Assembly (NCBI GenBank): GCA_041660005.1
Contig: JBAZXG010000004.1
Span: forward strand, 69,720-133,719
DNA from: Patescibacteria group bacterium
GTDB lineage: Bacteria; Patescibacteriota; Patescibacteriia; GWA2-46-9
Reading direction: 5' to 3'
Length of the DNA: 64,000 bases
Position numbers and translations under genes: made by a program. Under the pieces are notes generated by a model. The model ran no database searches. It was not told the DNA's origin and saw only the letters and a program-made list of their open reading frames with translations. Shown one piece after another: positions 1-9,439 of this stretch (position 1 is the first letter of the stretch; every line of letters starts with the position of its first letter).

Positions 1-78
1 CCGTAGAAAGTATTTTGCGAGCGCGTAGAGACAAGTCTTCCAGGTTGCCTATGGGCGTCGCCACCACAAAGAGCGTGC

Positions 79-1005
79 TCATGTTTTCTTTTCATCAATA
101 TACTCTTCTGCCTCCATGGCTGCCCTACACCCCATACCAGCTGCTGTTACTGCTTGTTGATACTTTCGGTCATGAACGTCTCCAGCCACAAAAACACCCG
201 GCACAGAGGTATGCACGCCGTCACTGCTCACGATGAAACCTTCACTATCAAGCGCCAGCTGTCCAACAAACGGCTGAGTGTTCGGAATATGTCCGATAGC
301 AACAAAGAGCCCGTCAATATTAATTTCCTCTGAAACTTTTGTTGCAATATCAGTAATACGAAGGCCCTTCACATTCTGTTCGCCGAGCACCTCTTCAACG
401 GCAGCATTTAAACGCAGAGTAATATTTTCGGCTGCAGCCAAGCGGTCCTGTAGTATTTGTTGCGCCCGAAGTTCCGGTCGACGGTGAATAAGAGTAACCT
501 GCTTTGCCAGCTTCGCTAAATAGAGCGCTTCCTTGGCGGCGCTATCTCCGCCACCAACAATAGCAACGTCTTTACCTTTAAAAAAATAGCCGTCACAAAC
601 CGCGCAACTAGAAACACCCTTACCAATAAGTCGCTGTTCAGAAGGTAGATTAAGCCACCGCACTGATGCACCGGTAGCCACAATAACGCTTCTAGCGCTG
701 TACTCTTGACCGCCAGCAACCAACCGCAAAGGGGTGCTGGTAAAATCAACAGACTCAACTGAGCTACTGATGAAATTTGCACCAAATCGTGCTGCTTGTG
801 CACGCATGCGATCCATAAGTTCCGGCCCCATAATACCCTCTGGAAACCCGGGGTAGTCCTCAACTTCCGAGGTTAAGGTCAACTGACCGCCCGGCTCTGG
901 TCCGCTAATCACCAGCGGCGACAGCGACGCACGACTAGCATAAATAGCTGCCGTTAACCCAGCAGGACCTGAACCAATAATGATAAGGTCTTTTGTATTG
1001 TTCAT
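79..1005 (-). CDS. trxB: thioredoxin-disulfide reductase
   Basis: 308 aa; FAD motif GSGPAG, redox-active CAVC, NADPH motif GGGDSA; full-length ORF. Confidence 0.9.
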   Translation of the reverse strand: MNNTKDLIIIGSGPAGLTAAIYASRASLSPLVISGPEPGGQLTLTSEVEDYPGFPEGIMGPELMDRMRAQAARFGANFISSSVESVDFTSTPLRLVAGGQEYSARSVIVATGASVRWLNLPSEQRLIGKGVSSCAVCDGYFFKGKDVAIVGGGDSAAKEALYLAKLAKQVTLIHRRPELRAQQILQDRLAAAENITLRLNAAVEEVLGEQNVKGLRITDIATKVSEEINIDGLFVAIGHIPNTQPFVGQLALDSEGFIVSSDGVHTSVPGVFVAGDVHDRKYQQAVTAAGMGCRAAMEAEEYIDEKKT

Positions 1006-1008
1006 AAA

Positions 1009-2064
1009 TTAAGGACAAGTCTGGTCACTAAGGCAAAGACGACTTCCTGTGGCACTTTCGCGAAGACCAGACCGAACAAAGGAAGGATCAATAACTTCGC
1101 TGATTACCCGGTTGATAGACTCCTCGCTAAAGCCGCCGTGGAAATTCATAAACTCCTGACTGCTGCGGTACAAAGAGAGGAGGTCGTTGGCATACGTAAA
1201 GGCGATGGCATTGTCCATAAAATTAAATAACTTTATGGTTGTCAGTGAGTTTTCAACGTTAGCAATCGTAGTCCCATTTGAGATAGCAACAACAGCCAGC
1301 ATTTCACGGCGCGGTTTGCTCTCTTTATTAAGTTCGTTTATCCCATCAAACCAAGCACTAAGGAACGAAGTAATTGCTGGTCGTTTACTACTAACAACAT
1401 CTTTCCTGAACGCGATAACATCCGGGAGAAGTCCAGGTAATGCCTCCGAAGAAAACAAAAGTGTGCTACCGGATCGTCGCAAAGCCTGATCAAGGAAAGG
1501 TTGAAAGGTCGCTGCCGCATCAACCTTGCCCTGCAAAAAAGATTGTACAACATCCTGGTTGTTCTGAGGTACACCGGTAACATCGTTCATGGTTAGGCCG
1601 GCACGTCGCAAACCTTCGCGCAGTAAAAAATCTCCATAACTCCCCTCTTGGTAAGCTACCCTGCGTCCCTTGAGATCAGAAAACTGCTTCACCTCAGAAG
1701 CCGCAACTATGCCGTCGGCGCCAGCCGAATAGTCCACCCCCAGCACAATCCGCATAGGAACGTTTTGCAGCGTAAGAAGCAAAGGGTCAGAGAGAGGAAA
1801 TATTCCACCGTCCGCCTGTCCATCTTGAACTGCACGCAGAGCAGCATCGTAATCGTCACCAACATTAATAATTTTTACATTTAGGCGGTGAGTGGTAAAA
1901 AACCCGCGAGCAGCCACTGCAGAGACTAAATGCGCTGTTGGCCACGAGGTAACGACAAACCGTAAATCAACAGGTTTCCGAAACTGCTGATACGACTGCC
2001 AACCAAATACCGCAATAAGCCCAACAACAACGAGAGAGGAAAAGCTGCCAATTAAACGCATCAT
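1009..2064 (-). CDS. NMT1/THI5/SsuA-like periplasmic substrate-binding protein with N-terminal membrane anchor
   Basis: 351 aa; N-terminal TM/signal; fold resembles ABC-type nitrate/sulfonate/bicarbonate binding proteins; no cognate permease or ATPase adjacent. Confidence 0.5.
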   Translation of the reverse strand: MMRLIGSFSSLVVVGLIAVFGWQSYQQFRKPVDLRFVVTSWPTAHLVSAVAARGFFTTHRLNVKIINVGDDYDAALRAVQDGQADGGIFPLSDPLLLTLQNVPMRIVLGVDYSAGADGIVAASEVKQFSDLKGRRVAYQEGSYGDFLLREGLRRAGLTMNDVTGVPQNNQDVVQSFLQGKVDAAATFQPFLDQALRRSGSTLLFSSEALPGLLPDVIAFRKDVVSSKRPAITSFLSAWFDGINELNKESKPRREMLAVVAISNGTTIANVENSLTTIKLFNFMDNAIAFTYANDLLSLYRSSQEFMNFHGGFSEESINRVISEVIDPSFVRSGLRESATGSRLCLSDQTCP

Positions 2065-2075
2065 AGTAATCTGCG

Positions 2076-3716
2076 CTAAACGATATCCTCACGCTTCTCA
2101 TGAAAAAAGCCAAGCACATCTTCTGAAACAAGAAAAAAAGCCTTAATCGGAGCCTCCAAGAAATAATCGAAGAAATAAAGAAATACATTAAAACGCTGGG
2201 ACGTTAGTGAAATCCATCGCCCCACTTTAAGAATAGGCAGAGACAACAAATCAATAAATGAACTCAGCACTGTGTCTCTACGCCGTTCAACAAAAAGGTC
2301 GCGTACCGGCTGACGAATGCGCAGGGCAAAAAATGAAACAATGCTAAGGAAGAAGAGGAAAAACAGAACACCGACAAAAGTGAAACCAAGACTTTTAAGA
2401 CTAATTGTTATGAATCCAAAGGTTACTGCAAAGGCAATAATGTAAATTGAAGAAAGGGCGCTCGCGGAAACCGCTGAAGCACGGCGTGGAGCACTTAACT
2501 CTGGGAATACACGACCTGCTCCACCATACTTTACTGTTTCTAAAAGGCGCAGCACTGCCTCTGTGTTTTTCTCCTTTGGAAATTGCAGCGTCAACGTCAG
2601 GAGAAACATTAAAATTGGCGGAAAGGATAAATTGGCGATGAGTGGCGTGGTGGCAATGCTGCCATAAACAAAGGCTTCCATTGGTGCCTCAAGTAGTAAG
2701 GCCACAAGAATTTTCGTTAAGAAAATATAAATGATGGAACGAAAAGCACTCGTATAGAGTCGCCCCCGAGCAGCGCGATAGTAGCGGCCACACGTTTGGC
2801 GAACAGCGTTTTCAAAATGACCAATATCATTGAGAAACAACTCAGCATGAACAATATCATCTTTGATGACGTCGTAGAGCGCATGAAAAACGAGTGAGCG
2901 GCGACGCATGGCTCGGTATAATCGATCACTTGCCGGATGAACAATAGCGGACTCAATTTCTTTATGGAGATGCAACACTTCCGGAAAAATTCTTTCCGTA
3001 TCACTCGGCGAAAGCTGGCACCACTCTGCGAGTCGACGGTGTAAAAGTAAATAACGAATCTTCGGCAAGTCTAAAGAAAAAAGAGCGCGGTAGGCCGCTA
3101 CATACTCAAGAGTGGACCGCTCTTCGTCACTAAGACGCCAAGCACTGAGTGGTCGGTCACGATCAAGAGCAGCACGCACCAAGTTAACCAGCGCTTCTTC
3201 CTCCGGAGCAGGCAACAAATAAGCATCAAGTTCAGCTGCAGCAACACCGCGTAGCCAACGCACAATCTCTGATCGGTTATTCAAAGGTGTCCGCTCAATA
3301 ATAGAAAAAAAAGCTGCGTACCGATCAAGGATTGCCTGCACACCAGGAATCGTTGATTCGCTAATAGCATCGTTTTTTAAATACTGCGCATGAACGAGCT
3401 CAACAAGCAGTGACCTTGCTGTGCCATTAATTTCGCCCGAATTGAAGCGGCGGTTGAGAATGCGCTGGAAAGCGTGTCTTCGCAGCAGGTGATCTTCGTG
3501 ATAGTCAACACTGTAGCGTAGTCGTTCATAAAAATGGGCTGCGTGAGATACTGCACTGGAAACATGGATGACCGACTCGTCCTCGGGTATTTCAACAGCA
3601 ACCTCGTCCCGACGAAGCGCACGTATAAAATCAACGACCGGTCGCGCTAATGGCCGATCGGAAAAAGACTGCTGAGCAGCTGAATCACTAGACTTAGAGA
3701 ATGCAGATATAGGCAT
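2076..3716 (-). CDS. hypothetical protein, cytosolic N-terminal region plus C-terminal multi-TM domain
   Basis: 546 aa ORF 12 nt upstream of the binding-protein gene on the same strand; hydrophobic C-terminal third; no recognisable catalytic motif. Confidence 0.5.
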   Translation of the reverse strand: MPISAFSKSSDSAAQQSFSDRPLARPVVDFIRALRRDEVAVEIPEDESVIHVSSAVSHAAHFYERLRYSVDYHEDHLLRRHAFQRILNRRFNSGEINGTARSLLVELVHAQYLKNDAISESTIPGVQAILDRYAAFFSIIERTPLNNRSEIVRWLRGVAAAELDAYLLPAPEEEALVNLVRAALDRDRPLSAWRLSDEERSTLEYVAAYRALFSLDLPKIRYLLLHRRLAEWCQLSPSDTERIFPEVLHLHKEIESAIVHPASDRLYRAMRRRSLVFHALYDVIKDDIVHAELFLNDIGHFENAVRQTCGRYYRAARGRLYTSAFRSIIYIFLTKILVALLLEAPMEAFVYGSIATTPLIANLSFPPILMFLLTLTLQFPKEKNTEAVLRLLETVKYGGAGRVFPELSAPRRASAVSASALSSIYIIAFAVTFGFITISLKSLGFTFVGVLFFLFFLSIVSFFALRIRQPVRDLFVERRRDTVLSSFIDLLSLPILKVGRWISLTSQRFNVFLYFFDYFLEAPIKAFFLVSEDVLGFFHEKREDIV

Positions 3717-3755
3717 AGCTACAGTATACGCGAATCAAGCCTGTGAATGAAATAG

Positions 3756-5666
3756 CTAAGGTTCATAACGATTCTCGGCCCACCAGCGAATAATATCGCC
3801 AGCCACTGGTACAGCATAGGTACTCCCCTCACCTGCCTCCTCTAAAAGTACCGTCACCGCAATGCGCGGCGAGTCATAAGGCGCAAACCCGGTAAACCAA
3901 GCATGCGGTTTGTGGTCTCCGCCAAGTTCTGCAGTGCCCGTTTTCCCAGCTACCTCCACGGGTAAACTGTTAAGATAACGCGCACTACCACTGGTAACTG
4001 CGGCGCGAAGTCCTGCACGTACGGCATTAATCGTTGGGTCAGATACCACATGTTCGACAACCGTTGTGTTTGGAATAGTCATTTTCGGTGACGCATCGCT
4101 ATCTAAAAACAAGTGGGGTCGATAGAGTGTTCCGCTGTTCGCAAAGACGGATAGTTCCGCAGCCATCTCAATGGGTGTTACGAGAACGTCTCCCTGACCA
4201 ATTGCAGCATGGTAGGTGTCCCCAATATACCACGGCTCATGCTTTACTTGCTCCTTCCAGGTCGGGTCTGGAATAAGGCCATTCGCTTCCCCGGGTAAAT
4301 CAATACCCGTTGGAGAACCAAGACCAAACCGGCGTGCGTAGATACCTATTTTTTCTATACCAAGACCGGCAAAATCTTGATATCCTCCTCCGATAATGTA
4401 AAAAAACGTGTTAACCGACTCAGCTAGTGCTTTAGAAAGATTCGTTAACCCGTGTCCACCCGCCTTCCAATCTGGGAAGAACCACTGACCTATCCGAACA
4501 CCACCCGTACTCAAAAAAGTTGTTTGTGGCGTAATGATCCTCTCCTCCAATGCAGCAGCAGAAATCACCGGCTTAATGATTGACCCCGAAGGATAACGGC
4601 CTTGAATGGCGCGATTAAAAAGCGGACGATCAGGATTGGTCGCTAAATCTTGGTAAGCAGTCGGCGAAAGACCAAGGGTGAACTGATCGGCGTCAAACGA
4701 CGGCTCACTCACTAAGGCCAACACTTCACCATTGCGAGGATCAAGAATAATGACCGTACCCTTTTTTACCTTGGCGCGTTCCAGACTTTTCTTCAGTGCA
4801 TTCTCTGCGACATTTTGTAAATCAGTGTCAATGGTTAACCAAACATTCGTCCCGGCCAGGGGTTCAACTTGTGCAAAATTTTTCTGTTCAGCTCCCAAGG
4901 CATCAACCTCAATTTCTTTGTACCCGTCACGACCGCGCAATGCTTTGTCATACACGAGCTCAATGCCGCTTTTGCCAGTAACATTTTCTACAGAGTAGTC
5001 CTGCCCTGAAGCCAGATCCGCATCGTTCACGTCGGCCACGTAGCCAACGACATGACTCAAACTCACGCCTGAACCGTCATCATTTGGATAGGCACGTCGT
5101 GGAGTTGTTAATACACGCACGCCTGGCAGTTGATGAGTGAGCAAATCAATCTTTAACCCCTCCTCACTAGGCACATTTGCTCGAACGACGAATGGCTCGA
5201 TGCCTAATTTTCGAGATGTAGAAAGGTCACTCCAAGACTTTTCTAGCGCATCAGCGGTAATACCGACCGGACCGGCCATGTCGTTAAAAAGTGCACGACG
5301 TTTAACGTCGTCTCTCGGCACATCAAATGGAATCAACGCAACCGACATCTGCGGGACGTTCTCTGTTAACAATCGCCCATAGCGATCATGAATGATACCC
5401 CTTGGAGCAGGAATCGTATAACGCCGAATGCGATTACCTTCCGCCAATGCTCGATAATGATTCCCTTCAAATAACTGCAGCGTGCCGGCACGGAAAAGAA
5501 TGAGTGAAAAACTGGCGAGCACCGCTACCGTCGCGACCACAATCTGACGTTTGCTGAGTGGCCGTCCAACGTACTGGGCAGAAGATGGTTTGCTGACGTA
5601 ATCAATCCAGGAAACGTCCGGCCTCCCGACCGGAATACCGGAACTAAAATCTGGGAAAGGATTCAT
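3756..5666 (-). CDS. mrdA: penicillin-binding protein 2 (peptidoglycan D,D-transpeptidase)
   Basis: SxxK motif (SGSIIKP), KTGT motif (AGKTGTAE); N-terminal TM; directly follows mreBCD. Start moved to ATG at 5666 (MNPFP...); the track's longer ORF begins inside mreD. Confidence 0.85.
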   Translation of the reverse strand: MNPFPDFSSGIPVGRPDVSWIDYVSKPSSAQYVGRPLSKRQIVVATVAVLASFSLILFRAGTLQLFEGNHYRALAEGNRIRRYTIPAPRGIIHDRYGRLLTENVPQMSVALIPFDVPRDDVKRRALFNDMAGPVGITADALEKSWSDLSTSRKLGIEPFVVRANVPSEEGLKIDLLTHQLPGVRVLTTPRRAYPNDDGSGVSLSHVVGYVADVNDADLASGQDYSVENVTGKSGIELVYDKALRGRDGYKEIEVDALGAEQKNFAQVEPLAGTNVWLTIDTDLQNVAENALKKSLERAKVKKGTVIILDPRNGEVLALVSEPSFDADQFTLGLSPTAYQDLATNPDRPLFNRAIQGRYPSGSIIKPVISAAALEERIITPQTTFLSTGGVRIGQWFFPDWKAGGHGLTNLSKALAESVNTFFYIIGGGYQDFAGLGIEKIGIYARRFGLGSPTGIDLPGEANGLIPDPTWKEQVKHEPWYIGDTYHAAIGQGDVLVTPIEMAAELSVFANSGTLYRPHLFLDSDASPKMTIPNTTVVEHVVSDPTINAVRAGLRAAVTSGSARYLNSLPVEVAGKTGTAELGGDHKPHAWFTGFAPYDSPRIAVTVLLEEAGEGSTYAVPVAGDIIRWWAENRYEP

Positions 5667-5668
5667 AA

Positions 5669-6163
5669 TTAAAAAGGAAGACGAAGTTGCTGGTGGTGCA
5701 TCTGCCGACGAAAAACGATCGCGATAATGGACGCCAGCAACAAACCGCCGATCCATGCCACAAAATCAATCTGATAAATAATTGCAGAGGGATTCAGACG
5801 ATCAGATAAAGTACTCACACCCCAAAAAGTAAAAAGATAAGCAGCATACGCTAGGGCGCTCGATACAATCGAAACCACAATTGACCGGTTGGTAAGCAGC
5901 AGCACCAAACCACCGTAAACAAGCACAAGCGCCAGAGAAGCAATGAGAGAAGAGGAAACGGGCTGCAAAAGCACCAAATCGCGCCATGTACCACCAAGGA
6001 GCGCAAACGCCAACGCCTGCCACCACGGAAAAACCCTCAGCACAACCAGTAACACTAACGGATAAAGCGCAATCGCAGAAAACGGAAGCGGGGCATTACC
6101 AAGCAGCGCCGATTCAATAAATGGCACAACAAAAACAAAAAAAATCAGAATGTTACGACCCAT
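5669..6163 (-). CDS. mreD: rod shape-determining protein MreD
   Basis: 164 aa polytopic membrane protein between mreC and mrdA; stop TAA sits 2 nt from the mrdA ATG (translational coupling). Confidence 0.65.
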   Translation of the reverse strand: MGRNILIFFVFVVPFIESALLGNAPLPFSAIALYPLVLLVVLRVFPWWQALAFALLGGTWRDLVLLQPVSSSLIASLALVLVYGGLVLLLTNRSIVVSIVSSALAYAAYLFTFWGVSTLSDRLNPSAIIYQIDFVAWIGGLLLASIIAIVFRRQMHHQQLRLPF

Positions 6164-6962
6164 AGTTCACAACAACGACGGTAACGATATCTAGTGAACC
6201 TACGGTCGCAAACGGCTCAATGGTTACCTCCTGCCACAGCTGTTCTGGCGGTGCGCTCACCGCTGTAATGCTACCAATGGGAATACCTGGCGCAAGACCC
6301 GGGAAACCAGTATTAGTAACGACAACATCTCCCTCATTAATATGCGCCTCTTTAGGAATCTGCCGCATGTTGAGCGATAAACTCTCTGGGCTCTCTAAAA
6401 CACCGAAAGCGTTGTCACTACTCGGTATCCGAGCAGGTAAATGCATTTCTCGACTACGAAGCAGACGAAAAACACTACTGGCGTCACCAACTTCGATAAC
6501 AACGCCAACCAAATTACCCTCAGGCGTTACGACGGCCGAACCCTCAGTAATTCCCTCTCGGTGCCCTCCAGCAATTCTCATGAGGTCCTGCACAGAACGT
6601 GGATCAAAACCGATTACACGAGCAGCTACGGGGGTTCCAATAGTTTGCGCAGACAACCCAGTAATAGAGCGCAGCTGCTTATTTTCTTCCTCGAGTTGTT
6701 GCAGACGTGCTCGATCGGCACCCAGGGTTGCTACCGAAATTTCTAGGGTCGCAATTTTATCTGCAGCGTCTTGCCCTAAAATAAGCCAAGAAAATGGACG
6801 GCGCGCCGCACTAACCATGATATAAAAACCTCGCTCAATGGGTAGACCAAGACGCACCAAGGATGAACTGACCCGTCGTGCGCCAGGAAACGCTTCAACA
6901 CTCAACAGCAAAGCTCCCAGAAGCAACAGAAGAGCAGAACGATGTCGCAGTCGAGGCTGCAT
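6153..6962 (-). CDS. mreC: rod shape-determining protein MreC
   Basis: 269 aa; N-terminal anchor, coiled-coil (LQQLEEENKQLR), beta-rich C-terminus; position between mreB and mreD. Confidence 0.75.
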   Translation of the reverse strand: MQPRLRHRSALLLLLGALLLSVEAFPGARRVSSSLVRLGLPIERGFYIMVSAARRPFSWLILGQDAADKIATLEISVATLGADRARLQQLEEENKQLRSITGLSAQTIGTPVAARVIGFDPRSVQDLMRIAGGHREGITEGSAVVTPEGNLVGVVIEVGDASSVFRLLRSREMHLPARIPSSDNAFGVLESPESLSLNMRQIPKEAHINEGDVVVTNTGFPGLAPGIPIGSITAVSAPPEQLWQEVTIEPFATVGSLDIVTVVVVNYGS

Positions 6963-6973
6963 GACAGCTAGCG

Positions 6974-8035
6974 CTACTTACCGTAGGGTAATTCCTGAGC
7001 AGAAGGAATAGCCACCTCTTTTAACAATTCGGGGTTGTCGAGTAAAATACCAGTTCCCCGCACAACGCAGGTCAGCGGGTCGTCCGCCACACGAACGGGA
7101 ATTTGTGTGGCTTCAGAAATAGCACGATCAATATTACGTAACAGCGCGCCTCCCCCAATAAGCACAATGCCCCGTTCATAAATATCGGCGACGAGTTCTG
7201 GAGGGGTAACTTCAAGAATGCCGCGAACATGTTCAATGATTATCTTGATAGAACGATTCATTGCTTGGCGCACTTGCGTGTCGTTAACAACGACTTCTTT
7301 CGGCAAGCCACTCACGAGATCACGGCCACGCATTGTTGTTTCTAAGGGCTCGTCGAGCGGAGCAGCTGAACCAACGGCTATTTTTATCTCTTCCGCAACA
7401 TGTTCGCCAAGGAGCAAATTAAACTGATCGCGAGCAAATTGAATGATGTTTTTATTCAACTCGTCCCCTGCCAACCGTAGTGACTTCGCGGTAACAATTC
7501 CCCCAAGAGAAATGACGACAATTTCAGTTGTACCGCCGCCAATATCTACAATCATGTTGGCCGTAGGCTCTTGTACTGAAAGGCGCGTACCAATCGCACC
7601 GGCCATTGCTTCATCGATTAAATATACTTCCCGGGCACCGCTCGCTCGCACTACATCTTCAACCGCCTTCCGCTCTACCTCAGTCACCTCTGTGGGAATG
7701 GAAACCACAACGCGTGGGCGGTTGAGTAACGAAAAGCTTTCCTGCTGCACTTTATCCATGAAATAACGAAGCATTTTTTCAGTAACCTCATAGTCAGAGA
7801 TAATGCCATCAATGAGCGGCCGCGTCGCCACAATGTGTGCTGGGGTTTTGCCGACCATTCGTTCGGCTTCGTGGCCAACGGCAACTATCTGGTCAGTTCG
7901 AATATTTATGGCAACCACTGACGGTTCGTTAATAACAATACCGCGATCTTTTACGTACACGAGCGTATTTGCCGTGCCGAGATCAATGCCAATATCTTTG
8001 GTTAAACGTCCGAGGAGTCTTGCAAAAAATTTCAT
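6974..8035 (-). CDS. mreB: rod shape-determining protein MreB (actin homologue)
   Basis: 353 aa; phosphate-1 motif IGIDLGTANTLVYV and DIGGGTTE; full length. Confidence 0.95.
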   Translation of the reverse strand: MKFFARLLGRLTKDIGIDLGTANTLVYVKDRGIVINEPSVVAINIRTDQIVAVGHEAERMVGKTPAHIVATRPLIDGIISDYEVTEKMLRYFMDKVQQESFSLLNRPRVVVSIPTEVTEVERKAVEDVVRASGAREVYLIDEAMAGAIGTRLSVQEPTANMIVDIGGGTTEIVVISLGGIVTAKSLRLAGDELNKNIIQFARDQFNLLLGEHVAEEIKIAVGSAAPLDEPLETTMRGRDLVSGLPKEVVVNDTQVRQAMNRSIKIIIEHVRGILEVTPPELVADIYERGIVLIGGGALLRNIDRAISEATQIPVRVADDPLTCVVRGTGILLDNPELLKEVAIPSAQELPYGK

Positions 8036-9279
8036 AAAAGATTCTTGAGTTCACCCATAAGGTCGGGAACGAGACGAGAATCGTCAGCGCCGCGCATCTT
8101 TAACTCGACGCCCCCGGCAGCAACCGTTTTCCCGCTCACAATGACTCGAATCGGCACGCCGAGCAAATCAGCATCCTTGAATTTAATACCGGCTGAAAGT
8201 TCACGATCGTCAAACAACACTTCTACCCCATTGTCGCCAAGTAACTGGTACGTTTGCTCGGCTGCTCTCATCACCCCAGGGGACTCTCCGAGACGCAACA
8301 GATGCACTGAAAAAGGTGCAACTGTTTTTGGCCAAATGATCCCCTGGCCGTCATGATGTACTTCTGCAATTGTTCCCATCAACCTACCGAGCCCAATACC
8401 ATAGCAGCCCATGACGACGAGCTTGTCTAAACCGGTCTCGTCTTTATACATCAGCGAAAACGGCGCTGAGTACTTTGTTTTAAGGGCAAAGATATTACCC
8501 ACCTCGATTGATTTTTCTTCCACTAAATCTTTACGCTCTTTCCCGCAACTGGGACAGCTTGATTGATCAGCAATAATTTCATGATTGATAGCTATGCGAC
8601 AAGATTGACACACATAAATAGTGTCCTCGCCTGCTGGTGTTAAAGTTTGAAATTCGTGCGAATACTTAGAAAATGAACCACCCGAAGCAAACGTCAGCAG
8701 AGTAACTGCCCCAATCCCACAACGGTCAAAAATTCTCGCATAGGCCCGCTTCACTTCTTCGTAGTAACGTTCAAGATCTGCCTCGTCCCGATGAAACGAG
8801 TAGAGGTCTTTCATAATAAATTCTCGACCGCGTAGTAAGCCAGATTTTGCTCGGAGCTCCGCTCGAAACTTTGTCTGAAATTGATACAGAGCCATCGGCA
8901 AATCACGATAAGATTGAATGTCTCGTTTTACGAGCGGCGTAATAACTTCTTCATGGGTCGAACCAAGTGCGTACTCGTGACCAGCGCTGTCTTCAATTTT
9001 ATAAAGCGGATCGGCTCCGTCCCATCGCCCGGTTGTCACCCAGTTCTCTTTAGGATGAAGCGCCGGCAATAAAAGCTCTGTTGCGCCGACACTTTGCATT
9101 TCTTCTCTAATAATGCCCTCAATTTTTTTCAATACCCGATACCCGAGTGGCAAATACGAATACACACCCGCCATCAGTTTTTCTACGTAACCCGCCTGCT
9201 GCAACAGCTGAGCGTTTATGCTCTGCTCGTCGCGCGGTGCCTCACGCAATGTTTTTCCAAAAAGTTTAGACTGCAACAT
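8032..9279 (-). CDS. proS: prolyl-tRNA synthetase, archaeal/eukaryotic-type (short form with C-terminal Zn-binding CxxC...CxxC)
   Basis: 415 aa; class II aaRS core; CQSCRIAIN...CPSCG zinc ribbon typical of the archaeal-type ProRS. Confidence 0.9.
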   Translation of the reverse strand: MLQSKLFGKTLREAPRDEQSINAQLLQQAGYVEKLMAGVYSYLPLGYRVLKKIEGIIREEMQSVGATELLLPALHPKENWVTTGRWDGADPLYKIEDSAGHEYALGSTHEEVITPLVKRDIQSYRDLPMALYQFQTKFRAELRAKSGLLRGREFIMKDLYSFHRDEADLERYYEEVKRAYARIFDRCGIGAVTLLTFASGGSFSKYSHEFQTLTPAGEDTIYVCQSCRIAINHEIIADQSSCPSCGKERKDLVEEKSIEVGNIFALKTKYSAPFSLMYKDETGLDKLVVMGCYGIGLGRLMGTIAEVHHDGQGIIWPKTVAPFSVHLLRLGESPGVMRAAEQTYQLLGDNGVEVLFDDRELSAGIKFKDADLLGVPIRVIVSGKTVAAGGVELKMRGADDSRLVPDLMGELKNLL

Positions 9280-9382
9280 AGTAATAAAGTCGTTTTATTG
9301 TACAAGAAAAAAATGCTGCCGTCAAAGCAGAACTTTTGTTACCTTTCTTAAAGAAAAGTTTTAAAGATTATTCTTCATTCTG

Positions 9383-9406
9383 TACCATAGTTCGAACTAT
9401 GGTACT
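9383..9406. promoter_or_regulatory. perfect 24-nt palindrome GTACCATAGTTC|GAACTATGGTAC ~105 nt upstream of the proS start
   Basis: exact 12+12 inverted repeat with no spacer in the AT-rich proS upstream region; no following U-run on either strand, so operator-like rather than terminator. Confidence 0.4.
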
Positions 9407-9439
9407 AAAATATTTGTTAAGATTTTTCATCAAAAGCTA

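Noticed and set aside
516-863. 115-aa ORF antisense within trxB and similar antisense/overlapping ORFs inside mreB, proS, glnA, the giant gene, etc.
   Set aside because: Fully embedded in well-supported genes on the opposite strand or in another frame, with no RBS; typical spurious six-frame ORFs.
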